Positions 41,501 through 55,558 of a stretch of DNA of 64,000 bases are shown here, in pieces. The notes beneath the pieces are model-generated. The model was not told the origin of the DNA. It was given only the letters and a program-made list of their open reading frames with translations, and searched no databases. Each line of letters opens with the position of its first letter. Position 1 is the stretch's first letter. The DNA is from Antedon mediterranea (taxonomy: Eukaryota > Animalia > Echinodermata): positions 12,524,001 to 12,588,000 of the forward strand of contig NC_092674.1 of assembly GCF_964355755.1 (NCBI RefSeq), in the 5' to 3' direction. Both the position numbers and the translations under genes were made by a program.

Positions 41501-42806
41501 ATTGTTAAACATTTTAATTTATTGATGATACAAAGTACATTATTATTGTAATCGAATTAGTCATGATATACGATGAATTTAAATCAGTGTTTGCATAATG
41601 TTATGAGGTATAGTGGTATTATATTATTATTGTAACCGAATTAACATTTTAATGTTTTATAGAATACAAATACTGGTACGTAATGTCCGACACTCCACAC
41701 TAAACATGGCCATGCATTTAATACTAAACATTGTATTACATTACATGTCAGAATGTTATGACTTACTTTGTATCGAAACTATACTGACCTAAGGAATACA
41801 TAGACTTTTGTCAAATCATATCCTTTTTTGTATCGTTGGATAGTTTAGACCCAACCCTAAGTAATATGAAAGCAATATTTAGAAAATAAATATTATATCT
41901 ATAATCCGAATGTGGATATTGGTATAATATGAATAATTAAACGACTTTCTCTCTGGGCTTCCGAATTAAGTGAAGTAGACATTATTTTATTATGACGTAC
42001 ATTAGTAACGTTTTACCGCTACTTTTAATGAAGATAATCATGTAGGCCTAACTACTAATCACCAGATGTAAACAACAAACGCAGCGCATCAGAGGCCGTT
42101 TGGATCCGACGAAGAGGAACCCAACCCATCAACAGAGACGAAGGCGCCCATCAGACACGTGGATGAACCTGTCATTTCTTCTGGTGAAGGATCTGTCCGA
42201 GCAGGACAGCGAAATTCCCAAGCAGGTTAGTTTCACTAATTGTTTTTTTTTTCGAAAATAATTAATACATTTCACATGCCGTATCGTTACATAAAATGCA
42301 GAGTGTACATAATCTCCGCGAAGCCATATTAGTTATGTCATTAACATGCATACTAGTCTAGGACAAATATCTGAAAAGAGGCCTAGAAATCAAGATAATA
42401 ATAATAATATTAATAAGATAGGGGAAGTGGAATGCTACAGGCAGCCAACATAGCCAAATATTCTATTTAATCTCTTCTGATCACTCTAAGCTTTGTTGAC
42501 ACAATGTTTTGCCTAGACTATAGTCGTCTTATACTAATACCGGTACGTGTAATTTCCACATGATATCACGCTTTTCCGCTAGACAACATCGACCAAAAAT
42601 CTCATCCCCTCCCCTTAAAACTCATGTCTACTATTCTGTTATACCATGATACCATGATACATTTCAACAAACATTCTTGTTTTGAAGATGTCGATATCTT
42701 GTCACCTCTGCTTATCATTACTGTCTCAAAATAATCCACGTCAACATTGGCAAATGGTGGGGTACCGCATGTTTTGACTTATTTTTCTCTTTTCCTTTAT
42801 ATTTAA

Positions 42807-44830
42807 CTAGCAATTATACCCGCCCCAAGCCGGGTTTCAAAATTAGTTTAAAGCCTTCTCTGTACATAACACCCGACGCCAGTATCTCCGTATACGCACC
42901 AACCTCCACCCCTTAATAACACCCCACACTCTTTCCAGTGAAGGACAAATTCAATTAAACTTTAGCTTCAAATTGAGAGGGCATACATAATAGATATGAT
43001 AGGCATATGGCTTAAGTACGTTGTAAACTATGTAAATGAGTAGGTGTTATATTGGCTGATAATTAAAATATATAATGTTGATACTGCGGTCCCCCGGTCT
43101 TCTTTCTCCTCTCACCATCGCAGCCGCAATTAACAAACCTTACCTCCTCCCCTGGACAGTTCAAATAGGCCTAGTAAGTTTTCGTAGTACAATTCAATCA
43201 TATAGGCCTAGGCTACTTCATTACGCCAGTATTTTCTCTCCTCTTCCCAACCCACCCCATAAACCGGGTAATGTTTTTAAGACGGTTCCAGTACAAATTA
43301 TTTTAGCCATCACTCCCAACCCATAATCCCTCAGTGGCAGTTTTCAAATGTAGTTTAAAACATTCCCAGTTTCGGTCATGGTGATAGGCCAACATCCTCA
43401 CCCAAAAATCCCAGCCGTTTCCCAGGAATAATTAAATACTGTAACATTTTCCCTCCACAATTCTGGTCAATTTGATAGCCTACTATTCTTAGCCTAAGCA
43501 AAATCCCCACTATCCCCAACGCGATTTATTTTTCGTACATAAGTTGGGGACCCCCTCATGAAACGTCACAAAATAAACATGAATAATTCATCAGTTAAAT
43601 TTTCTTGCTCTGTGTGCACCCAAGCGTATAAAAGAATAGCGGCGTTTTGTGTGGAATTTTGAAATAATCTGTCATTAGTTTTTGGGTTTTTTTTTAATAG
43701 AATTTATTACTAAAGAATTACGTGTTAAAATTATAGTTTCTATTAATACTATTAGGCCTAATTATTAGTCTCTAAAGCTTGTATCTATTCTAGTAGTCTG
43801 TGTGGGTGTGTGTGTTACTGTTAGGTACTCCGAGTAATAAGTACACACAATGTATTCTCGTGTTCATATACGCGCATTTTTAAAGTTCCTTTGAGTACAT
43901 GCATATTGTTTGATAATAAAATAACAGAATTAAAAAATTACAGTACACAAAATTATACACATTCTTTATTCTCGTGTCTAAACTTTCTTTGGGCTATGAC
44001 CAATACTACTTAGTTGCATGTGTCTTGCCTAGCTGTCGATTAGTCTCGACACATTTTGCATAGTGGTAGTGTGTGTGTGAAGACTCCTCAAGAGTGCGCC
44101 AAGGCAATCACGTGAATCCTAGGCCTAGGAAGAATCGTATCGCAGTTGTAATAATTGCTATACGCTTGGGTGCACACGGAACAACAAATCATGAGGGGTC
44201 CCCAACTCATGTACGAAAAAAAAATCGCATCCCTAACAGCCTATCTCCACTACTCCTAGCCTAAGCAAAATCACCACTATCCCCTGAACCCCAACCGTAT
44301 CCCCCAACGCCCCTCTACCACAATGGGCGTTTTTTCCTTGGAGGCATGGTGATGTAGTTGAACACAGTAACAGTAAAGAACGTGTATATGTTCACACAGG
44401 AATGGATGTATTCAAATACTGTAAAACTGTTGTAGTATAATTTTACAATTCGATAGCCTACAACCACGAGCCCTAGCAAAAATGACATCACAAACCACCA
44501 GACCCACCCCCTCCCACAAAAACCCCAGGAGTCGGGGGAATAAATGTAGTTTAAAACCTTCCGGGTACAATTGCCATCATTTTGATATCCCATATGTATG
44601 GTTACATGCAGAAACAGAAATTTGTATAACGAACAATCATCGAAAGTGGGGGTTTTGACCACATTTTGGTCCCTAACTTGGATCCTAGGTGGTGGATGAT
44701 GTTCAAATATAGCTTAGAACATTCCCGGTTCAATTGCGGTCATTTTGATACCCCATATGTAAGATTACGTGCAGTAAAAACAATTTGTATAATGAACAAA
44801 CAAACAAACAGACAAACAAACAGTCTCTCT
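42807..44830 (-). mobile_element. Non-autonomous Helitron-like insertion, 5' end lost
   Basis: CTAG at 42807 with adjacent CCCG...CGGG hairpin; (CAAA)n microsatellite at the other end; absent from the paralogue at ~6210-6220. Confidence 0.7.
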
Positions 44831-46334
44831 CTCCGTTTATCCAGTAGGATTCACTCAGCTGTGTTGGCATGATACTTCTATCACTGTGACCATACTTGAA
44901 ATGAGTATCTTGAATAACGAAATCAGCAACAGTTGGTCCCATAGAAATGAAAATTGGTTGCTTTTTAGTCGGCTGGAATTATATTGCTTTTACGGCCACA
45001 AAAAGTGTCAGTACTCTGGTTTTCAGTGTGAACCACAAAAACATCTACCCTTGCGCGTGTACTTTTCGCGGAAAAATATTTGGACGTTTAGCTCAGCACA
45101 TAAATTCCTGATTAAAAGTATAAATTCGCGTTACAGTGTGCTACATCGACGGTCGAAAATAACCGTTGAACAAAAAGTCATGTAGCTAGATCATTACGTA
45201 ATCTTCAACACGCCAGTTAATTCATAGAAAGTTAGCTAACTTATTTCTCCATGATAGAACAAAAGAGTCTAACACAATTATCGGGTCCTGATGAGTTGTA
45301 GGTCTAACTTGTAAAAGAAATATAAAGTTGGTTGAGTATGTTTCAATGTTTCGGAAGCTTTACTGTACTTGTTTATCTTTAAACTGCATCATCATTTTTT
45401 TTTTCAGATTGAACTTAACTGATTTTAAATCAATTGGAGCTCATCAGTTATATACATTATAATGATTTCAGATTTGACAAAATAATTAAAACTGATTACA
45501 TTAAATGTTTTAATATTTACATAAACAATGGTACGAAGACGTAAACTTATTGTGAACTTCTGCATTTAAATTATATTATTAAGAGGTTAATTAGGCCTAT
45601 TTCAAATAACAGTTCCGAATAATTGGATGTGTTGCTTATTCTCGAAATTGTCTTTTATTTCAAACTCACATAAACGGGCACTGAAATCTCCGTTATTAAA
45701 CACATTATTTTAAGCTTATTCAGTATTATTTAATAGTATTATTCAATTATTTATATATATATATGTTGTTCCTTTTTCTTCTTCTTCTTCTTTTTACTTG
45801 ATTAGATAAAACATGTTAGTGAGAAAATGCCCATATTTTAGTTAACATTTATCATCTAATGATATTATTTTAAGTATACCCACAAATTGCACTTTTTATG
45901 TATACTTAAATAGGTTGTTATTTTCGCATATTTGTTGCTGTTAAAATAATAAATATTTCACTTAAAAAAACTTTCCAAAAACAGTGGTACACAACAACGA
46001 CGACAACAAAGATGTGAAAACAAACTCTATTTTACGTTCTTGTCACTATAAATATTTTGAACGATTGAGTTGGAAGAAAAGGTGCGTTATGTGCAAAGGT
46101 AAAATAAAAAAAAAGATATTTCAAAACCAGTGTTACACTGTAAAAATGATTTCGGAAAAGACACAAATAAAGCATTATTAATCAGCAATTAGCACTGTCT
46201 ACTCATCAACCAAACTACTGCACCAAACGCGCCGCAAAGCAAATATTCAATTCACAGTCATTCATTTTTTATTTTTTTTTAAATAATGTATGTACTATGA
46301 AAACATTTCTTCTGGTTTCGATTCGTATAATGAT

Positions 46335-47750
46335 ATAAGTAGTTATTTGATAGTAAACCAATACAACTTACGTTGGCAAGACAGTTTCGTCTAGCTGTCA
46401 GCTTGACTTCTTCAGTTGCTATGATGCATGTTGTCTCCGACTGGTCTCCTTTCCAGCCACTATATGTTTTTCTTGTGTAGCCTAGGGGACCAGTCGTCGT
46501 CAGAAGCTGATCGTAAATGTGAGATAGTTGGTGCGCGCCTTCGTCTCTATTCATCTTTGTATTTTTATTTTGCTTTCTTATGCTGATGCTTTCTTTAATT
46601 TTACGTTTAAGCCAAACTTGTTCTTTGTGTAGTACCTCTATCTTATCCCTGTTAGGTATGTGGTTGTGTGTGGTCATATGGTCCGTGATTGCTGATTTAT
46701 GTAAAATGGAGAACGAAACTTTCCGTGATGCACGCGTCTGTATGTCCTGTGTATTTTCCTCAACATCTTTCTTGTGTTATTTAATTCTGGTTTTGAGTGC
46801 CCTACCCGTTTCCCCAATGTACACCATCTCATAGTTGGTGCAACCCACTTTGCAGACAACACCACAGGAATCCTCTTTGCATGCTTTATCTTTCGGTCGG
46901 ACGATTAAGTTTTTAATTTTGTTAGATGGTTTAAAGTATGTTCGTATGTTATATTTTTTTAATGTTCTCTTGATTTTCTCTGACAGGCCTTGAATATATG
47001 GGATGGATATCGACCCTCTTATGTCTTCTGTTTCGGGTTGTGTGTCCGTTTTTTGTTTATCTTAGTTACGTTGTACCTTTCTAATCGTCCATGTAGGGTA
47101 GTTACATTGTTTAAGTGAAGTATGTATCATCTTAGTTTCGTTCTGTTTGTCTGCATTATTTGTGATTATCGTGTTACATCTGTGTAGAAGTGTGCGGATA
47201 ACGGATAACTTGTGTTGTAGAAGATGAAGAAATTTTAGTGTTGATGTTGCCTTCCCCATCAACTAAAATTAGCGTATCCAAGAATGGGATAGAGTTGTCT
47301 GTTAAGGACATTTCTTCGCAAGTGAAATTAATGTCATCATCGATTTTGTTTAAGTGTTGTAATAATGGTTGTGTCGCATCCTTGGGAATTATTGTTATAA
47401 TGCCATCTACATACCTTTTCCATATCCTCGGTTTTATGTCGGTGTGAGCTGTAGTTATTGCCTCATTTTCCAGCCATTCCATAAATAAATTCGCAACAAT
47501 CGGAGAACATGGACTACCCATGGCCATACCTGAATTTTGCTGGTAGATATCCCCTCTGAAGCTGAAATATGTGGTGGTGAGTACCAATTGAAGCAATTCC
47601 ATAATGTCGTTGATATGTAACCACGTTCTCTCTGATAGTTGTTTATCACAGTGTAAGCGTTCTTCAATTATTTTGAGAGACTTGTTGACTGGTGTTTTGG
47701 TAAATAATGACACTACATCATAAGAGACCAATGTTTCATTTGGCTGTAAC
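46335..47750 (-). mobile_element. Penelope-like retroelement, 5'-truncated and frameshifted (RT plus GIY-YIG)
   Basis: ORF 47174..47731 has VSYDVVSLFT, GMAMGSPCSP, WKRYVDG, IPFLD; downstream YIGETGR, KRKIKESISIR, MNRDEG. Confidence 0.92.
46376..46419 (-). ncRNA. Minimal type I hammerhead ribozyme at the Penelope 3' end
   Basis: Minus strand GCAA CUGAAGA A GUC-AAGCUGACAGCUA-GAC GAAA CU GUC UUGC: both core boxes, stem I GCAA/UUGC, stem II, GUC cleavage triplet, vestigial stem III. Confidence 0.8.
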
Positions 47751-49413
47751 TATCAAAGAACTACTTATATCATTAATGTATGTATTGTTTTATATTATTG
47801 TAATATTCGATGTTTTTTTTACTATTATAATGCCAATTATTATCCTATTGGAAATAAGGATTTAGTCGAAACCAGCCTAGTAATTTGAATTTGTACGCCT
47901 GGTATCATTCTCAGACCCCTTCTTTTACAACCATAGGGTCTAATAAAATTTCGAAGGTACTCTGACACTAGATTATCCGAATTATGAACATTCAAATGTC
48001 ATAAATTGAATTCCATAATATAAAGGAAGCCAATGAAGTTCGAAAGGAAGAGGTCCTGCTCTAACACTTAGTAACATCTCAAATATAACCTAGCGTTTTG
48101 TAATATTTTCAGTTTTTTACCAAAGATACCAATAAACTGCGTGTTACATTAGTCCAGTCTATAAAGGAACCAGTCGCATCAGCGCACGTCGTATATTACC
48201 TTAAACAGTCCTCATTCTGCATAGACCTCTTGCTCACCCTCTAGTAAGTATGGACGATGAATTGTTTGAAAAAAACCTCGGTTACCATATAATTATTGCA
48301 GTGCTTGCTATTCGTTAAAATAAACCTAATCTGTTTGTCAATGTCTATTTTAGACTATATAAGATGAGGAAGATTTTAAGAACCATGCTTATTATTCGGG
48401 GCGGGGTGGGTATTAGGGGTTGAGGCTTTCATTCGCGGGAGACATTTTTTGGTAAAATTTCATAATAAATACATTTTGTTGTTTATGTCCTTTATTACTG
48501 AATGTTAATTTCATTGATATGTATTGCTTTTGCTATCTGAGTGTTAAGTAAATGTATTTGTATGGGGCAAACCTTTATCTAACGAAATCTTCTCCAATTT
48601 GCTTTTGCTATTGGTGAATAAAGGAAAAAAATCGTGAACACTAAACTTAAGGATATTACCACTACTACTACTCATCCTTCCTTATTTTAGCTCTCGTAAT
48701 ATAAAATCTTCTTTGACTGTACTTGAAAAAAATCCCTAAGATATGGGATATACATACCGCACATATCTACGTCAGGAAAAGACAATGTAAGTCGCTTTGT
48801 ACAAAGGTGAACCTTTTTCATGATGTAACTGCTGCTGTCAGTATGCTGTTATTTACCTACCTAATAGAGCAACACCTTCCCCGCGATTAAGTGTACATTT
48901 AATGAAGAAAGAACAATACTTAAAACTGTTACGTAAAAAAGGCGAGCGGCGTTTATTGTAAGTAATATTTTAGATGAATTAATATTATCAACATGCACAA
49001 GTACCTTAAATTGATTTCTACAATGAAAAGGATTCCAATGAAAAAAAGTGTGTCCTGCTCTAAAACATAGTTACACCTCAAATACAAGTTATTTGGTAAG
49101 ATCTTGCTTGCATTGCTTTAAAAGACAACGAAGTAAACTATCTTTGATAAATGACTTCCCAAAGTCAATATTAACCTTGACAAGGCACCGGTGTTCCGAA
49201 CCATAATTATGTGAGAGTTACGACCGCCATGCAGTTATCGACAGTACAGTCATCCTCGCTACAAATTACAGTATCTATAATATGACCCGCATTGTGGTTG
49301 GTTTATTTACCTATATTATTACCGGCACGCCCATTAAATTGTAAATAATTTTTTTTTTTTAAATCACACTGAATTATATAGCACCTGTTATTAATAATAT
49401 TTGTAACACTTAC

Positions 49414-49512
49414 ATTGTTTGGAAGATCCACTTTAGCACCTGCCTTGAGCAAAATAGTGCAAACGTCTGTGTGGCCCTCTTGTGCAGCTCCATTTAAAGG
49501 TGACCATCCATC
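49414..49512 (-). CDS. Ankyrin-repeat exon, DGWSPLNGAAQEGHTDVCTILLKAGAKVDLPNN
   Basis: Inside ORF 49303..49527; 99 bp between TTTCAG and GTAAGT, phase 0/0. Confidence 0.9.
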
Positions 49513-52169
49513 CTGAAATAATAACACACATCATGTTATAGAAGTAGTAGTATAGTCTTCTACAAAAAGCTATTTAATATTGTATTGAAATCTTTTCGAT
49601 GTGATCAAGTAAAACTAGCTTAAACACCAGGTGAGGGCAAACAAATTATATTGATCTTGCATTCCAATATCTATAGTTTCCCCTATGTTTCATAATGTTT
49701 GTGATTGTATGTGTGTTACACGAGCTTGTTGAAAATATGCACTTTATTATTAGTGGGGGATAGTTCAAATTACACAATAAAATCTCTATTCATGTGTACA
49801 CAAATGTTGTAAATAGAGAGGCAATTTAAAAAAACTAAAAATAAACAGTGTGGTAAAAAATGTTATCAGAGGACTGAATATAGATAATACTTCATAGTTT
49901 TATTTTCATGCTATAGCAAAAATTATCCACCGTTTATCAACCATCTTTTTTCATCTTCTATAGAGTCACCAGACATGTAATTACACTAGGTTCAACTACT
50001 TAACTACTGAAAAAAGTCTTACTGGTTTTTATAGCAGAATTTTACAAAATTGTGTATTTGACCATTTTAAGGGAAATCCACTTGTTTTCGTCTTGATGTC
50101 TATTACAATTATTTGATTTCTATTACAATTATTTGATTTATGTACAATTTACCAGATATTATATTTAACATTGTTGCCTGTACCTAAGCTTTAACTTAAA
50201 TAAAGATTATTAACATTTGATGTTTTCTTTAAGATAATGTATTGTATATGCATGCATTTGTTTTGCTTGTATATTATTTTGTTATATAGTACGGTACTTT
50301 TATACGTAGCATTTATATATTGCAAATTCGGTAAGAAATTGTGGTCCTTAATATGCATGAAAGATGGTACTAGTTCTGCTACCTGTTATTTTGCTACAAT
50401 TGTCAAAGAACCTATTGATACAGTGCACTGATTGCGTAGTAGAATACTGTAGTTTGATACGGTTAGTGTAATTTTGCGACGGTTGAAAACTTCAACCTTT
50501 AACATTTTTTGTTGGAGACATTGATATACGCACTGTCATATGGAACTTTTAAAGTTAAAACAGCCCCAAATCATATATTATGATAAAGTGGTGTTTGCGT
50601 TTGAACTGGCAGTTACGACTAAAATGTATCGAGGCCCCAAAATATGTTCAGATAACACATTTTGACTGCTAAATTCTTAACTATTGGTTTCATTTTGCTG
50701 TTACTGGTAGAGGATATGTTTAAACAAATTTTTTTACCAAATCAAATGAATACGTCGATTCATATCCATTTTGTGTACCATTTTAATAAAATCGTGTTGC
50801 TCTGTAGGCTACATCACAATATATACAAAAACAGAAAAATCACCATTAAAAAAATCATTCCCTAATATTTAGTACTCTAAATGGTAAAAACTATTAGGAA
50901 ATCTATGTGTATGAGTTGTGATGGACCGCTTCCTTGAACTTCAAAAATGAGATGGGTTGGGTCTTGCAAAATCAAATGTGTTTTCTTAGTAACGTGATCG
51001 CTAATCAATCAAATTGAAAATATACGTGAAGCATAATTAACAATACATTTGAGTTCCAACTTATCCTTACATGTGGTCTCGGTAAACCATGCACCAATGA
51101 TAAAAGTGAGAATACTTTCAATGACCGATTTATTAAAAAAAAACGCAGGCCTGATGGGAGGTTTAACTTCAAACTATTTAAGTCTATGCAAAAAGTAAAA
51201 ACGTTGAGCATGGGCCTTAGTAATAATACTTATTGTCGTGCCATTTAAGATCTCTAGTGATTTATTTACAATGTCAATTCTAGAGGGGGTATTTCTGTCA
51301 CAGTCAAAAGTGACGGATATGTAAAGTTAAACGCAAAGGGTAATTTGCATAGAACTAGTCAGGTGTATTACCGTATAAAAGAATTGCGGAGGAATGTAGT
51401 AATTACACCTCACATCAACCTTGTAGAGAAGGGAGGTGTCGCACCTCAGCAACAATACAGATTGACCATTGTAAGTAAGATACTCATTTATTGTAAGGCT
51501 ATATACTTATAATACTATATACTTGTAATAACGATAATGTATAGGTTACAATGTGATTCTGTGCTAACGTAGATAATTATAACAATTAAACGTTAACGTT
51601 TGTTTGTAGTGCTGCCCGTTGGGCTGAAGTTGATTTGTAGTAAATCGTAAACCAAGCCGAGTATACACATGCTTGTTTATGTATGATTGGAATGTAATTG
51701 GTAGTGAACAAGTCCACACAGAAGTGACCGGCGGAAAAAGAAATAAAGACATTCAGTTGCTAATATTATATATCTGTATACTTTTAATTGCGTTCTTCAG
51801 TGGCCATATAGTTCAATCTGGGCGTAACAATTTCATACTGTAGGTGATTTACATTTTGTGTTATAAAATGTCGAGTGTTTCACCTGCTTTGATAGAAACT
51901 ATACTGTAATGAGTTGAAAATGTAAACATATTAGTATATTAGTAAACCCATGATGTACTGCAAACCAAACTTGTGTATTTGTGCACATAATAGTAGGTGA
52001 CATTTGTATAATTGAGACCGTTTTATTTGATACGAACAAGCATGTGAACTCACAAAAAACCTACATAACCATATAATGTAGTACATTTTGAATGTTGACA
52101 TGATATGATAAACATTAAACATGTTCATTCTAACATAGATTTTTCTCAGATTACACCACTATCACGTTT

Positions 52170-52611
52170 ATATTTTTATAATTATTAATTAATACAAACG
52201 TTGAGAAGCAACTCTCAGTAATACAGTATTTATTTGTATATTATGTGTTTATATATCCAGCAGTAGAGCCTACCCACAGTCACAGTAATACATCTTCTTT
52301 GTACATGTGTTTATATATCTAACAGTAACCACATTCACAGTAAAAAATCGATTCTAATGGTGACCAAAAATGGGTAATACGTATTTACAATATTTCTAAA
52401 GTATTGCAATATTATATCTCAGTTTTAAGTTTATTCTCCAAATTTACCTACAAATTGGGAGTCTGAGAGATTGGAATGTTCTATTCATCGCAAATCAATA
52501 CATTTGTATAAACGTATATTAAATCTAACAAAATAGTATTTTTTTAAAGAAAATCGGTCTGTCTTCAACATTATGAGACTGTACTCGAGCTGTTCAACCG
52601 GTTTTCAGCTA
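52170..52611 (-). mobile_element. Internal fragment of the 9.2/15.7 kb Helitron family
   Basis: Similar to 10135-10275 and to the reverse complement of ~16010-16480; truncated at a TTAA by a Kolobok-like end. Confidence 0.75.
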
Positions 52612-54184
52612 TTAAAGCTCAGGTACAGGCATGAATTTTAAATATAATATCTGGTTAAGTACATACATGAACTATTTGTAACAGAAATCAAGACGAAAAA
52701 ACATGAATTTCTATTAAAATGGTCGAATACAAAATATGGCAAAATTCTGCCATAAAAACCAGGAAGATTTTTTTTCAGTAGTTATGTCTTGATAGATTCG
52801 TAACGGACGCATATTCAAATGAACCAAATTTACTAGAATTTAGTAATGAAGCAAGTTTTAGATTCGTCTTAAAAATATATCATCGCATCCCATCCTATTA
52901 CTATTGAAACCGAATTGAAACATTTTAACAAGCTTTTTATGATGGTCACACACATCGTCAGATATATGTATAGTAATGAGAAATATACAAACAATGATGT
53001 TGTTGTGATGTGTGGGTGTTTTTGGGGAAGGAATTTGTTGGTAACATTAATTTCATAATAAAATAAATTCCCCTAGATATGAACAAGTACAACACAGAAT
53101 ACAGAATTGTGTGTATAAATATATGTGGGTGGCGTGGCGTATATTAGAGGGTGGAGGTTGAATATACCAAAGATGTTTTATGGGGGAGAGGGCGTTCGTA
53201 TCCCGGGTCTCAACGGCGATATATGCAGATAGCGCGCAACCTGTTCAAATCTAACATCAATTCAACAACTCGGCTACCATTCGGCTATATCGAGATTTTA
53301 CCTGATTTGAAATACATCTATAATTATAGCTATAATCAGTTCTCCCGATGTAGGCATAGACCCCGTTTATGATATTTAAAATTGTATATACTGATTTTAA
53401 AATTTACCCGCAACATAATTTGATGATGTTTTAATATAATTGATTTGTTGATCGTTTTTTTGCACAAACAAAAATGTGATGTGCCCATATATGGACATGA
53501 TGATGTCATATAATTACCATATTTGGGCACACTAATTTTATAGTGTAGACAGCTTGGAATGTTACGCGTGGCCGTAAAAAAAGCTAAACTAACATTGGAG
53601 GGGAGCAAAAACTCGGCAGTCGCAAAATAGTATTAGTGAAATGCGTAATAACATTGCAGTAATATTTATTAATTCATAAAGTTTATGAAATAATCAAATA
53701 ATAATCATTTTGATTATAAAGTGCGACAGCTCGATTACTACAAGTGCGACACAGTACAAACGGGGTTTACAGATAGTAATTATATGCGATGTGTCTTTTT
53801 TTAAGACAGTACTTATCAGGAATGGACCCTATTTGTGTCCTTTCTTGCGTTTCGGGATCATTAATTTGAAAATAATATTAAGGTCTGTGGTGAGATCTTA
53901 CTTGGAGATTCAGGGCTTTAAATGACCGCGACTTAAAAACTGTATTTGATTTAAGATGTCAAGATTAACATTGATGAGGCAGCGTTGTTCCGAATTACGT
54001 GAGGGGTACCGTGCAGTTCTCGACAATACATTCATCCTCACTACAAAGAGGCCTAAGTTGGTTCATTTAGGTATGTTATTACTGATACGCCCTTTAAAAA
54101 TTGTAAAATTAGCACTTTGTTTTAATCACACTGAATTATAATTATACTGTAGTACATATTATTATTAATGTTTGTAGCACTTAC

Positions 54185-54283
54185 ATTCGTCTGAAGATCC
54201 AAATTAGCACCTGCCTTGAGCAAAATAGTGCAAACATCCGTTTGGCCCTTTAGTGCAGCCACATATAAAGGTGACGCTCCATT
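54185..54283 (-). CDS. Ankyrin-repeat exon, NGASPLYVAALKGQTDVCTILLKAGANLDLQTN
   Basis: 99 bp, TTTCAG/GTAAGT boundaries, phase 0/0; hand-translated; flanking introns homologous to the other five exons. Confidence 0.9.
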
Positions 54284-55072
54284 CTGAAATATTACAAACA
54301 TTATGTTATAGTATTTTTTACTCTAAACAAAGTATTATAATATTGTCCTGCAATCAATACGATGTAATCAATTAAAAATAACGTTATAGATTTAAATAAT
54401 GCTAATAATAGAGGGCTAAAATCACGCATTATGGCTTTGCACGATATTTTTTGGCGTTCCAGATAATTGTTTTTTTATTGTTTACGTGTTTTAATATTAT
54501 TTATGATTTTCAGACATATTTTAAAAGCTTATATGCATGAAAATAGTGTAGTTTTCTCATCTTCTAAATCAAATGTCAACTGTATACGTGAAGCATAATT
54601 TTATTGGATTGTTATTGTATTGTATTATATTGTTAAAACAATACATTTCAGTTCCAACTTATCCTTACATACATAAACTTGGTTCTTAATTGATATGAAA
54701 ATCCTTATTGCAGCTTAAAAGAAGCTATACTGGTATTGAGCGCAGTAACATCTGACAAACGGCGGGCTTTGATAACTACTGTAAAATCAACAGGGGCTAA
54801 ATTTGAACCAGAACACTGGGTTAACCCGATATTAATCACGAAGATGCCCTGGATTATTTATCATCATATTTTAAATCAGATGTAATTGGAATTCTATAAA
54901 CCTCAGCTTCATCCCTATTTCTAGATAAATGCCATTCATACTCATTGAGAGTTGGCTGGTTTATTTAGCAGAAACCAGATATCCTTTAACTTGCATCAGC
55001 TTAAACTTATTTTAGTTTGACCAAAATTATGCAAAAATCCCTCCTACTCCCCTTGGGAGTTTTCTGCCGCTA

Positions 55073-55558
55073 GTTAGACCCCCCTCCAAGGCAATTATTG
55101 TTATTGATTATACGTAATTAGTTAGCTTAGCAATGATCTATGCCTCAAAAGCTCGGACGAGTTAGAATTTGAGGGGAAATGTCATAGGTCAAGGTCACAA
55201 CTAACAAAAAACTATTTTACTGCCTAGAGACCACAGTTTGTATCCAATTCTCACTAAATTTAGCCACAATGATCAATGATTCATCATATAATTGTGGTTA
55301 CATTTTGAAGAATCAGGGTCAAAGATCAAGGTTCACAAAAAACAAAAAAAAACTTGAACCTGCGACCTCAACTGTGAGAGGCTGGATACATAATCATTAC
55401 ACCAAACTTTCATCCACAACTTTGCAGTGTGTAGTTAGCCTATTTACACTAATAAAAAAAAAATAAAAAATAAAAATATATATATATATTTTCCAGAGAC
55501 ATTTTATGTAGGGGAATTTTACAGTAGGCGGAGGTTTGTACTCTCAGAGTACCCTCTA
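55073..55558 (+). mobile_element. Probable non-autonomous Helitron/Helentron-associated element
   Basis: 3' end TAGGCGGAGGTTTGTACTCTCAGAGTACCCTCTAG|T with a GTACTCT/AGAGTAC hairpin; GGTCAAGGTCA motifs; 5' boundary approximate. Confidence 0.4.
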
